Part shown: piece after piece, positions 1 through 11,030 of the stretch
Numbering within the stretch: the first letter of the stretch is position 1
Layout: each line of letters begins with the position of its first letter
DNA from: Octopus bimaculoides
Taxonomy: Eukaryota
Direction: 5' to 3'
Length of the DNA stretch: 64,000 bases
Assembly (NCBI RefSeq): GCF_001194135.2
Contig: NC_068997.1
Location: 19,606,388 to 19,670,387 of the forward strand
The notes under the pieces: generated by a model
The model's input: the letters and a program-made list of their open reading frames with translations, nothing else
Told to the model about the DNA's origin: nothing
The model's database searches: none
Program-made: the position numbers and the translations under genes

Positions 1-2
1 TA

Positions 3-152
3 TATACAAGGAGGTGCTGAAAAGTTCCTGGTTTTGGGTAAAAGAAGATACAGGAGGAGAAGTTAATTATGATTTTATTCGACATATTCCCCTCTCAGAT
101 TCACACACTTATTGCAGCAGTCCTTCAGTTTTTCTAAGCACTGCGAAAGAAC
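3..152 (-). mobile_element. mariner transposon 3' end (transposase C-terminus plus TIR), truncated
   Basis: Minus strand 152-75 reads VLSQCLEKLKDCCNKCVNLRGEYVE*, matching the mariner C-terminal pattern GIxKLxxRWxKCxxxxGxYVE. TA plus TIR-like CAAGGAGGTGCTGAAAAGTTCC at about 5-28. Confidence 0.8.
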
Positions 153-160
153 TCAGAAAC

Positions 161-378
161 ATTCTTTTCTACTCTCGGCACTAAGGCTTGAAATTTTTGG
201 GGGAGGTGTCTAGTCGATTAGATTGACCTCAGTACACAACTGGTACTCAACGTATCAACCCTGAAAGGATGAAAAGTAAAGTCGACCTCAGCAGAATTTG
301 AACTCAGAACGTAAAGACAGATGAAATACCACTAAGCATTTCGCCCGGCATACTAGCGTTTCTGCCAGCTCGCCACCT
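161..378 (-). mobile_element. SINE family B
   Basis: Minus strand: ggcgagctggcagaaacgctag...gagttcaaattctgctgaggtcgactttacttttcatcctttcagggttgata. The same block recurs about 10 times in the window. Confidence 0.85.
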
Positions 379-554
379 TGAACTTAGAATATTGGGCCTC
401 CAACTATGCCTTTCGTGACAACCTTAAAGCCGGGAACTTTTCAGCACCACCTCGTATGTATGTGTGTGTGTATATAGATAGGTAGACAGATAGATAGATA
501 GATATACACTGTCATATATTAATATATTCATGCAGGCACATATACATACACACA

Positions 555-646
555 TAAACATAATCACCATCATCATCATCATCATCCTCATCTCCCTCGT
601 CGTTGTCATCATCATCATCATTATCATCATCATCATCATCATCATT

Positions 647-677
<31 letters not shown>

Positions 678-680
678 CCA
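555..680. repeat. (CAT)n microsatellite
   Basis: Direct trinucleotide run; source of the poly-Met/Ile/His ORFs. Confidence 0.95.
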
Positions 681-1029
681 TATCCTGTTTAAATTCCTGG
701 CAGATCATACAAGCTCTCTACAGTAATCTTCAAACGTGATCTGTTCTGTGCTTTCCTTTACAGTTTGGTTCCATATCATCCCAGTTGGTTCCTATTCTTC
801 TTCTGCCAATCTCTACCAGGCGATTCTCCAGCATCTTGCCTTCTTTTCTCATCCAGGTTCCAATCCAAACCTTCTCTTGCCAAAAATCTACCTCACCATT
901 TTAACATATGGTCTACCCATCTTCACTTGTGTCTTGTTATTAGTTAACCTATGGGTTCTGCACAGCTTTAACCCAGATGCCTCCTCCTTCTCCTCCTCCT
1001 CTTCCTCCTCGTCCTCGTCCTCCTCCTCC

Positions 1030-1460
1030 ATCATCATCATTCTCATGTGCACTTTTCCATGCTTACATGGATCAGTCCAACAGAAGTCATGCTATCAACT
1101 CTCACCTGTTTCCAAGCAAGGAAATACTTCCTTGTGACCAGACATGTTTTTACGGAAGATTGGAAACAAACAATAGCACTTGTCACTTGTATGTCTATGA
1201 CACTTGTTTACAACTGTCACATGATCTCAAGACAGAGAGACACAAACCTTGTTTTGACATAGCATAATAGTTATAAGTGATGGTCACCGTCAAACAAACA
1301 TTTTCAATCGTCTATAAAAATACATCTGATTATGGGGGAACATTAAGCTGCTTGTAACCAAGTGAGAATTGGCAACAGAGAGAGCATCTAACTTCAACAA
1401 ATCTGCCTCAATGAATTCCATCAGATTCATGTAACCATGGAAAATTGGCCATTAAAATGA
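1030..1460. mobile_element. two decayed family D retroposon copies in opposite orientation
   Basis: cacctgtttccaagcaagg...gacatgtttttacggaagattggaaac at 1100-1250, and the reverse-sense tail aatctgcctcaatgaattccatc...catggaaaa...attaaaatgatga at 1400-1465. Confidence 0.65.
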
Positions 1461-1549
1461 TGAGAATGATATGTGTGTGTGTGTGTACATATATATATAT
1501 ATATATGCATGTGTGTGTATGTATATGCATATAGATGTATATAATATCT

Positions 1550-1757
1550 TTTATCTTTTATCTTCTACTTGTTACAATCATTTGACTGCGGTCATAATCA
1601 AACATATCGATCTCAGGGCTTATTTTTTTAAAGCCTATTACTTATTTTATCAGTGTCTTTTGCTGAACCGCTAAGTTACAGGGATGTAAACACATCAGCA
1701 CCAGTTATCAAGCAGTGCTGGAGGACAAACACAGACACAAAGACACATAAATATATA

Positions 1758-1794
<37 letters not shown>

Positions 1795-1958
1795 TATATA
1801 CTGTGGGCTTCTTTCAATTTCCATCTTCCAAGCCCACTCACAAAGCTTTGGTTGTTGCGAAACAACAGTAGAAGACACTTGCCCAAGGTGCCATGCAGAG
1901 GGAATGAACCTGGAGCCATGAGGTTAGGAAGCAAGCCTCTTACTTCACAGCCATGCCT
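1550..1958 (-). mobile_element. SINE family A (tRNA head, internal TA/TG microsatellite, tail)
   Basis: Plus strand shows gaagacacttgcccaaggtgccatgcag (head, reversed) and cttttgctgaaccgctaagttacagggatgtaaacac (tail, reversed), separated by (TG)n(TA)n. Confidence 0.85.
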
Positions 1959-2243
1959 TCAGCTATGTATATGTACACACACATAAATGTATATGTATGT
2001 GTGTTTAGGTAGGTGCGCGTGCGCACGCACGCACACACACACACACACACACATTGCTTGGAGACTACAAGATTGTAGCCTTGTCCATGGTATTTTCCCA
2101 GTTTACATCATCTTTCCAAACGTTTCTCTTCTCTGATAAGCTTCACAGCATGTTATACAGGACATATCCTGTTACTATTTTCACATCCTTGAATGAGGTT
2201 GGACAAAGAATGTTGTGTAGAAGCTGTTTGAAATTAAAAACAA

Positions 2244-2275
<32 letters not shown>

Positions 2276-2544
2276 GCAGAGGAAACAAATAAACCTGCAT
2301 TGTTGTGGAGAGGCATTGTGTGAACATAATCCAACACTTTACTCAAACGGATGTCAGATTATCCAGGGATTATTACATCTTGCTTTCTTTGCTGAAACAT
2401 CTTTCCTCCTTGTTACCAGGTCAGAACGAAGCTGTTAGGTGTGGCTGTTTGGACCATAGCAATTTGGCATTGCTGTCTAGACATTGAACCTGTTTTGGCG
2501 ACAGTTCTTTTTGACTCAGGAGTCAAACACAATCATGGACGTAC

Positions 2545-2860
2545 TCACAGAAATCCACAAACAATCTTGCCGGTACTTGTCCCTCAAAGGTGAACTTTCT
2601 AGGTGCAATCCCATAGTCATTTGTGACCAAAGGGGCCTTTACACTTTATATATATATATTCTTTGATTCTTTCACTTGTGTCTGTGTCTGCGACCATGCT
2701 GGAGCACCAGGGTTTTAGTTGAACAAATCGCCTCTCCCACCGGACATATTTCTTAAGCCAAGCACTTATTTTATAGGTGTCTTTTGCCAAACTGCAAAGT
2801 TACAGGGACATAAACACACCGACACTGGTTGTCAAGCAGTGATAGGAGGACAAACACAGA
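2545..2860. mobile_element. family C tail (+, 2545-2645) followed by family A tail (-, 2660-2860)
   Basis: gaactttctaggtgcaatcccatagtcatttgtgaccaaagggg, then gaccatgctggagcacc...cttttgccaaactgcaaagttacagggac. Confidence 0.7.
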
Positions 2861-2946
2861 CACACACAGATATTTACATATATATATATATATAGATAGA
2901 TAGACAGACAGACAGACATACTGGCAGAGAAACAGATAGATAGATA

Positions 2947-3291
2947 TACTAAATTTATAATTATATACATAAAGGGATCAGAATGACCCGCTCCAACACA
3001 ATTTAAAATAGATACCAAATGGCACTAAAAAAACCACCTTCTTTCTCATGCAGCACGGGTTGTAAACAGGTAAATGAAAAATAATAAATACAGTTTTCTA
3101 GTTAATTGTGTATTGATACACAATAAACTAGAAAATTGTATTTACTATTTTTCATTTACCTGTTTACAACCCGTGCTGCATGAGAAAGAAGATGGTTGTT
3201 TTTTAGTGCCATTTGGTATCTATCTCTAGCATGTTGGAATGGTTATTCTGATCCCTTTAATATTATTATGTATATAATTATAAACTTAGTA
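2947..3291. repeat. long inverted repeat / foldback (MITE-like)
   Basis: 2947-3113 is the reverse complement of 3116-3291. Centre is tgtgtat-TG-atacaca; about five differences in the inner ~105 bp and a ~9 nt insertion in the right arm. Confidence 0.9.
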
Positions 3292-3633
3292 CATAAAATT
3301 ACCTGCAAGGTTTTTATTTTATGCTGACCACTTGATAAAAGCATGTAAGTGATCTTATCTTTAATTTTATAAATAATACATATATATATAAAAGAAAAAA
3401 GGAAAATGGAGATTGGGTAGTTAACAATTGTTAATTATTGTTTATTATCAACACCAAATTAATGATCATCCTTTACAGCTGTTTCAATTAATATTCAGTA
3501 AATATTTAGCAAATATTTAATTTATATGACCTGAGCATGATATCTTCAGAGGGAAAAAAATATACCCTTGGATGTTTATATCTGTTCATGGATTCATTTC
3601 TCTGCATGGGGTTAACACAACCTCTAATCGAAC

Positions 3634-3689
<56 letters not shown>

Positions 3690-3694
<5 letters not shown>

Positions 3695-3790
3695 AGCTTC
3701 TTTCAGTTTCCATCTACCAAATCTTTGGTTGACCCAAGACTATAGTAGAGACACTTACCCAAGGTGTCATGCAGAACCATGTGGGTTGTG
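3690..3790 (-). mobile_element. SINE family A head fragment
   Basis: cttctttcagtttccatctaccaaatc...gacacttacccaaggtgtcatgcag next to (TA)n. Confidence 0.75.
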
Positions 3791-3834
3791 TTTATATATA
3801 TGTTTATACACACACACACACATGCATATATATA

Positions 3835-4105
3835 TCATCATCATCATCATCATCATTGTTTAACGTCACCTATCCATGCTAGCATGGGTTGAACGATTTG
3901 ACTGAGGACTGGCGAACCAGATGGCTACACCAAGCTCCAATCTTATTTGGCAGAGTTTCTACAGCTGGATGCCCTTCCTAACGCCAACCACTCCGAGAGT
4001 GTAGTGGGTGCTTTTATGTGCCACCAGCACGAAGGCCAGTCAGGCGGTACTGGCAATGGCCACGCTCAAAATGGTGTATTTTACGTGCCACCTGCACAGG
4101 AGCCA
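3835..4105 (-). mobile_element. family E retroposon, (GAT)n tail
   Basis: (cat)n-gtttaacgtc..ccatgctagcatgggttg...acagctggatgcccttcctaacgccaaccactccgagagtgtagtgggtgc. Confidence 0.9.
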
Positions 4106-4124
4106 GTACACAAAAAAACAACAG

Positions 4125-4260
4125 ATGAATACAGGTGGTGTAGAAAACAAATAGATGTATTAGTATAACGCTCGGGAATTGAAAAAGTCTTTAACGTTTC
4201 GAGCCTACACTCTTCCACAGAAAGGAACACTGAAAGAAACGAGGAGAGAAAAAAAAAAAT
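4125..4260 (-). mobile_element. Penelope-like element terminus (probable) with hammerhead-like motif
   Basis: Minus strand CTTT-CTGTGGA-A-GAG-TGTAGG-CTC-GAAAC-GT-T-AAAG (4224-4189); this GAAGAG..CTCGAAACGTT signature resembles PLE pseudo-LTRs. Confidence 0.55.
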
Positions 4261-5011
4261 GTATATATGTATATTACAGGACATTTTCATTTTCCTTTGC
4301 ATTACTCCATGTCCGTCTGTCTTGTGGCTGCACAGCTTTTTTTGTTGTATATGTATGTTTTATTTTGTCGTGTTTGTTTGTTTTTGTCATTGTCTTGTAT
4401 ATTTGTTAGCTTTTCCCAGTGGCTTTTTGCCACTGGCGCCACCAAAAGTGAATAATATCAACGTTAAAGGCATGAAATTGTAATGATGTTTTGGATGTTG
4501 ACTGATGAAGAATAAATAAGCTACAAATTTTCTGTTATGTTTTTTCAATACTTTCGTTTCTTATGTTTTTGTTAAATTTTTGATGTCTGTCTATCTATCT
4601 ATCTATCAAGCTATCTATCTATCTATCAAGCTATCTATCTATCAAGCTATCTATCTATCTATAAAGCTATCTACATACATTTATATGTATACATATATAA
4701 ATATATAGAGATAGCATATACGGATATATATAACCGCACATGCTTATATATTGTATATGTACATACAAAGTCCCTATATTAATACATGTATATGGAGACG
4801 TTCTTATACTCATGTATGTACATACTTGAGCACACACAACCTGTGTCTGTGTGGGGGTTATGTGTGGGAGTGGGTGGGGGTGCGTGCGCGCGTGTATACA
4901 TGTATGTATATGCGTATTTGCAAGTGTGTGTGTTTTTGTATAGTAAAGGAAGACAGGATGTAACAAATCAAGAAATATTGGTTATAAGGAAGTGAAGAAA
5001 TGAAAGAGGAG

Positions 5012-5069
<58 letters not shown>

Positions 5070-5299
5070 ATGTATGTATGTATGTATAAACATACACACA
5101 TACATTCATACTTACACACATCCATACATATAACGTAGGTGTAGAGAAAGAGGGAGGGAGGGTGAGAGGGGAAAAGAAAGTGTCGGATTGTTACAGTAAT
5201 GTGAATGAGCAAATTTTGGATAGAATAGTCTGATTTTTGGAGAGGATGTAAGATTTCTGTAGAGTAAGTAATCATCGACAATTACTTTACTTATCAATA

Positions 5300-5482
5300 A
5301 TTTTTCTTTCTCTTGTTTTCTTATCAATCGTAAGTTATCTCTCTCTGTAATCAGAGCCGCTCTAAGACTGTCCAAAACTGCTTTGCCTTGCCTTAATTTT
5401 TCTTTTACATAGGCGCTACTTGTTTTGTATAAATATAGGTGATGAAAAACGCTATTGAATTACCTCATTTATTTAAAAATAA

Positions 5483-5513
<31 letters not shown>

Positions 5514-8500
5514 CAATTTGTCCGAAACCGTTTGAGCAGATCCTATTTCGTATGTGTGCCCACCCATCCTTACTCTGATAGTCAAAACACTTCTGTGTTC
5601 TGAACTATCTATCTATTCGTCCGTCGAGTTGCTTTGTATGTGAGTGAGTGAGAGTGTTTGTGTGTGTGCATATATATATGTGTGTGTATATATATATATA
5701 TATATACACACACACATAATTATTTCGGATGCTGCTTGTCTAATACTCGCACTTTGGCACGGGCACACACTCTCTCACCTATATATGTATGTGATCGTTT
5801 TTCGTTTTCCACACGTAAATGCATACTTATATCCATATATTTATTTTGACAATACACACTTTCACACGCGCACAAACATATATCAAAGAAGTACTTTGAA
5901 ATTTTATACTTGCTTCGTATGTTTACATAATCACACACACAGACATAGTTTTGTTTTAGCCATCACAGCTTCGTTAAAATTACAAGACTGTCACATTTCG
6001 GTCTTCGTTTCCTTATTTCCTTCTCAGCCTAAGCCGTATATATTGGCAAGTTCCCGTTTTCAAGCCATTCTATAAATATATATATATATATGTATGTAAT
6101 AAACGACTCTAGCTAAAAGTACTTAGTCATGATAATTCCATTACCGAAATTAACAGATTTACCATAAGATAGTTTTTCTTGTCAGTTGCTGACTTTACAG
6201 AGTCTTCCCGCCGCCCCATTTACATCACAGAAAACACCCTCAGCCGTCAAAACAGTATTAGAAACATCAGCAACACTACTGTTGAAAAGTTGCTTTAGCT
6301 TTCATTAATTTTTTCCCCATTTTCTCTTGAGAAAGAATTGAGATTCCACAGAGGACCATTATTCTTGTCCCCGGGAGAATCTTCATTTTATTTTATTTTA
6401 TTTGTTTATTTGCAGTGTAACTTTTTAAAATGCAAAAAAAAAAAAAAAGTCAATGAAGTTGCGCTGCTCGTTTACATATATGTATATACGTACGTACACA
6501 AACACACATCTATACAAGGGACATTCACAGTCAACATTAGGAACTTCCCAATATTATACACACACACATATATTCCCATATATACATACAAAAAGTTCAT
6601 ATTTAAATTAATAAACAATTGTTTAATATTTTTTAAATATTAATGTTTAATTAAATAGTTTGTTTAATTACTTTAAATATTGTTTTATTGTTCTTAACTG
6701 AAATGTAATACTTTTTCCTGTGAAGTTTTTTTTCCGTAGCCAATCTTTTTGTGACTTAATTTCCGTTCACACTTACATGCACACACTCATATGTACATTT
6801 TTCCTATTGAAACGTAATATAATTTTCTTTCGTTAATTCTGTGGAAATAAGATTTTGATCACTGTCATTTAGCTATATTTTTTGTGTTGTTAATGTTTAG
6901 TTATTGTTTAAGCGTGTTTTGTCTCTGTTCAGTTATATTATGTCTGTCGAGTTAACTTAAAACGTTTTATCAAACTCTACAAACAGACACACGTCACTGT
7001 TATTAATTCCAGTTTCCACAGAATTTAACAAAAATACGAGAAAAGTATTTTATTACGTGTAACGTAAAGGTACTTAGATTAAAATACTTCTCATTCATTG
7101 TTTCATGGAAAAAAATATGCGTATTCACTATGCTTAAATTCAAAAGGAAAATCTTTTAAAATGTTGTCTTCGAACATCAAAAAAAGTTATTTTACTACGC
7201 TTCAAAAGCAAACACACACACATACATATGAGTGCGTTTTCTTAACCAACAGAAGGAGAACTTATTTACTGGCTGTGGAACTACGTGTCTCAAGGACCCA
7301 GAGTTTCGCGCCAAAGCACCTGTCGAGTGTTTGACAAGTGCCTTGGTAGGAAACTAGTCAAAAGATCGTTATATTTATGTGTGTGTGTACGCATACGCAC
7401 GTTTGTACGGCAGTTATTCTTGCATTGTAATTATTTCGGCTCTTTCAAAGTATTTCAACGTTATTTTGATTCAACCATGCGTTTCGCGTCTTTTTATTGG
7501 TTAGTTCCCACTTTACGCTGTTTTAATCGTATATTTCTCTGGCGCATGGGTGCATTTTTTTTTTGTTTACTCGTACTGTTAACTGTATGTTTGTAACTTG
7601 CTAACCATCAACAAATCATGACCTTTTATTATCAGCTTTTATTATGTGACATAAATAAATCGTATTCTTTCAACTAATTATATGTACACAATATAATGCC
7701 ACGCTTCATAAGCATTAAAGCAATGGTTAGCAAGTGAAAGGTAAGATTCCCTTCCACTCACTCAGACAAATACTCATGGCTTTATTAGGACACCAGTTCT
7801 ATCATTTTACTCTCACCGTTGCATATTTGGTTGGTAGTGTCTTTTCGGGTCTAAGTTAATCATGCTAAATTCAAAACGCATACGCACACTTCGTTTACTT
7901 TATATTCATTTATTTCTCCATCAATATTTACACTTTGCAGACGCTATTGATAACTGATGGTAGCTTGTAAGAAGCGACTGACTTCAAGAAAACTTTTGAA
8001 ATAATTCGAATTGACTCCAAACAAACTTCTACGATATAAGTTACTTAGAATTTGTGCTTGCATTTACATTAATTTCCTTTTGATGCATCTCCGCGTTAAA
8101 AAAAAAAAAATACCGCAAAAAAGGTTTTTCTCAATTTCCGTTATACTTTTAAGAGCTTCATTTAGTATTTTTGAGAAAATATATTTTTCATTTGTTTATT
8201 GTTAATTACCATCAACCACTCCTCTCTCTGATGTCATCTTTTTTGTACATCCTATCTTACGATAACTACAACAAACTAGGTTTATTGTCTATAATGTTCA
8301 ACAACTCTATAGTGAAAATCAATATCATCGAAGTCTGTATATAAAACGTGTCGAGCGAAGAAGACACGTGCTTCGCTTCCATTGACAACTAAATTTGACA
8401 ATTTGCCTTCGTTCACTCCCACCCAGTCAGTCTAATTCAAATTCCAACACCCTCATATTTGTTGTTTTGTTTTTTGTTTCTCTAAATCCGATTACATAAA

Positions 8501-9430
8501 CAAGTATCAGTAATATACTAGGGTGGGTTCAGTTGACTGTGCTCATTCTGCAAATACTGGATTGGGTTTCTTTATAATAAAGAGGTTGTCAGTTGCTATT
8601 AATTAGACCCCTGCCTGAGCTAACCACTTCGAACGATTACCGAGAGGTTTCCTTGATGTTTTGCTCCAGAAATCACAACTAGTAGTAATTCTAATGAAAA
8701 GGAGACGGCGAGTTCTTCACTGCACAAGAAATGTTAGAGTGCCGTTTCTTAAATTTCACAGCATTTTTATTCTTCGTTCCAAGTTCGCATCCTGTGCTTA
8801 TTAGAGAGGATTTTGGATATAATATGTAACAGGGAACCTGTCATTAGTAAAAAAAACAACAAAAAACCCCACAAATTAAAAACAAAATTATATAACAAAC
8901 GGTATCTACAGTTGTGTGTGTAACTGACTTTTCTAATACAAATATCTATGACAATATCCTCCAGCAGTCAGTAAGTGAGTTTTGTTTGTACTCGAGGATA
9001 CTGTTAATATTTTTACGTTCGGCTTGGCTCTCTTCACGTCGGTGTACCTATCTATCAGCCTACCAGTCTGCTTTCTCGGGTTGTCAAATAATTACCAGGC
9101 CTATACTGGAATAATCGATATTCGACAGTGTCCCACCTTCCTCCTTTACAAATTTATGGCCTGTGCCAGTGCAAGAAATCGTAGTGCGGTGGGTCGTCGG
9201 GTAGATGACAAAATCGGTTGCTCGTTGGACTGAATGTTCTGCAGTATTTTGTTTGTTTCTCTTTTTAACTTTCCGCGTTCAAATCGCGTCCACGTCCACT
9301 TCAGTTTTTATCATTACTGGGTCGATATAAAATATGCAAGTACCAGTCAAGTTCTAGTGTTGATATATAGTCGACTGTTTCCTCTTCCAAAAATATCTAG
9401 CTTTATGCGTGGGTGGTTTGCCCTAATTTG
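5300..9430. promoter_or_regulatory. CpG-retaining, SINE-free block; putative promoter / first-exon region
   Basis: About 15 CpG in 7321-7575, versus only a handful in 41300-43300. No recognisable SINE in ~4 kb while flanks carry one every ~0.5-1 kb. Outward-facing donors ATG|GTAAAT (-, 6163) and CA|GTAAGT (+, 8970). Confidence 0.45.
6163..6219 (-). CDS. candidate first coding exon (MGRREDSVKSATDKKNYLM), unverified
   Basis: AAATGG start context, 19 open codons, phase-0 donor GTAAAT, inside the CpG block. No homology recognised. Confidence 0.2.
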
Positions 9431-9830
9431 TGTATAGTTAAGAAGTTCGCCTCAGAAGCTTATGGTTTCGAGTTCATTCTTCTGTGTGGAACTTTGGACT
9501 AATGTCATCTACTATGGTCCAGGCCAACCAATGCCTTGTCGGCGAAGGTAGAGAATACCCTAACCCTAAACGCTGAAAACGGGTGGTGTGCATATTCTTT
9601 ACCCTTCGCCGCTTTGGGAGTCAGCTACATAGGGAATATTATATGTGTGTGTGTGTATCTTCTATCTTTTACCAACTGATGTTGGTGTGTTTATGTCCCC
9701 GACAAAAGAGACTGATAGAATAAGTACTAGGCTCGCAAAGAATAAGTCCTGGGGTTGATTTGTTCGACTAAAGGTCGTACTCTAGCATGGCCAGTCAAAT
9801 GACTGAAATGTGTAAAAGAGTAAAAGAGGA
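9430..9830 (+). mobile_element. SINE family A interrupted by a hairpin element at 9540-9640
   Basis: Head to ...ccaaccaatgccttgt (9539); tail resumes at ~9650 (accaactgatgttggtgtgtttatgtcccc...gaataagtcctggggttgatttg). Confidence 0.75.
9540..9640. mobile_element. small hairpin element with (CCCTAA)2 in the loop; possible non-autonomous Helitron2/Helentron-type insert
   Basis: cggcgaaggtagagaata (9540-9557) pairs with tattctttacccttcgccg (9593-9611); loop begins ccctaaccctaa. Confidence 0.45.
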
Positions 9831-9834
9831 ATAT

Positions 9835-10330
9835 ATCATCGTCATCATCATCAACGTCGTTTAACGTCCGCTTTCCATGCTGGCATGGGTTGGACAGTTT
9901 GACTGAGGACTGGCGAGCTAGAAGGCTGCACCAGGCTCCAGTCTGATCTGGCAAAGTTTCTACAGCTGGATGCCCTTCCTAACGCCAACCACTCTGAGAG
10001 TGTAGTGGTTGCTTTTACGTGTCACCAGCATGAGGGCCAGTCAGGTGGTACTGGCAATGACCATGCTCAAAAGGTGTTTTTTATGTGCCACCTGCATGGG
10101 AGCCAGTCCTGTGGCACTGGCAACGACCATGCTGAAATGTTGTTTTTCACGTGCCACTGGCACATGTGCCGGTAGGGCAATGCTGGCAATAATCACGCTC
10201 GAATGGTGCTTGTTTTTCTTATGTGCTACTGGCATGGGAACCATTCAGCGGCCCTGGCAACGCTCACTCTCGGATGGTGCTTTTAACGTTCCACTGGCAC
10301 GAGTGCCAATCAGGTGGTTCTGTCATTGGC
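9835..10330 (-). mobile_element. family E retroposon with five ~65 bp internal tandem units
   Basis: Tail 9835-10015, then repeated gtgccacyrgcayg...gccagtcaggyggyactggcaaygaccaygctcraayggtgy units. Confidence 0.85.
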
Positions 10331-10662
10331 CTCGTCAGCGATATCATTGTCGTTGTCATGATCGTTTCACACATCCTAGAAACTTTTCTGTTAAAATTTT
10401 TTGTATGCATGAATATGCACTGGTGGGAATTACACAAAGGTATGTGTGTGTGTGTAAGAGTTCTTATGTCTATTAAAAGTAACATTGTACATATGACACA
10501 TTTTTACGCCTGAATGGTACCTGGTAAGATTAATAAAATATTATTTAGGTGCATTTGTTGTGTTGGTATTTATAGTAGTGTTTTCTACTGAAACGTTTTA
10601 TAGTTATTCAAACCTGACAAAGAACCACTGATCTATTTCTTTCCTGTCGGGGGTGAACTGTC

Positions 10663-11030
10663 GTGAAGGTGTGTGGCTTAGTGGTTAGGGTATTCAGCAT
10701 ACAATTGTAAGGTCGTGAATTCAATTCCCGGCAACATGTTGTGTCCTTGAGCAAGACACTTTATTTCTCAACTCTCAAAATTACTGGCTTTGTGCCAAAA
10801 TAACAAAGAATTATTAAATTGGTGCTTAAGACAGTACCCTGGCAGAATTGTTAGCATCTTTGTGTTCTGAGTTCAAATCTTACCAAGGCCAACTTTTCTT
10901 TTCATCCTTTTTGTGGGGTGGTATTAAAAGTAAACACTGAGGTTGGTGTAATTGACTTGACCTCTACTCTCAAAAATGCTGACCTTGTGCTCAAATTAGA
11001 AAGAATTATCAAATTGATGTTTGCAACATT
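10663..11030 (+). mobile_element. family C head (10663-10770) and family B copy (10835-11030)
   Basis: gtggcttagtggttagggtattcagc...ttgtgtccttgagcaagacac; ctggcagaattgttagc...gagttcaaatcttaccaaggccaacttttcttttcatcc. Confidence 0.75.

Noticed and set aside
2290-2490. Minus-strand LHNNA, reminiscent of the mariner LHDNARPH motif
   Set aside because: Too decayed; no second motif or TIR could be read.
10015-10330. CRISPR-like periodicity
   Set aside because: These are diverged adjacent ~65 bp units without unique spacers, in a eukaryotic retroposon, with no cas genes.
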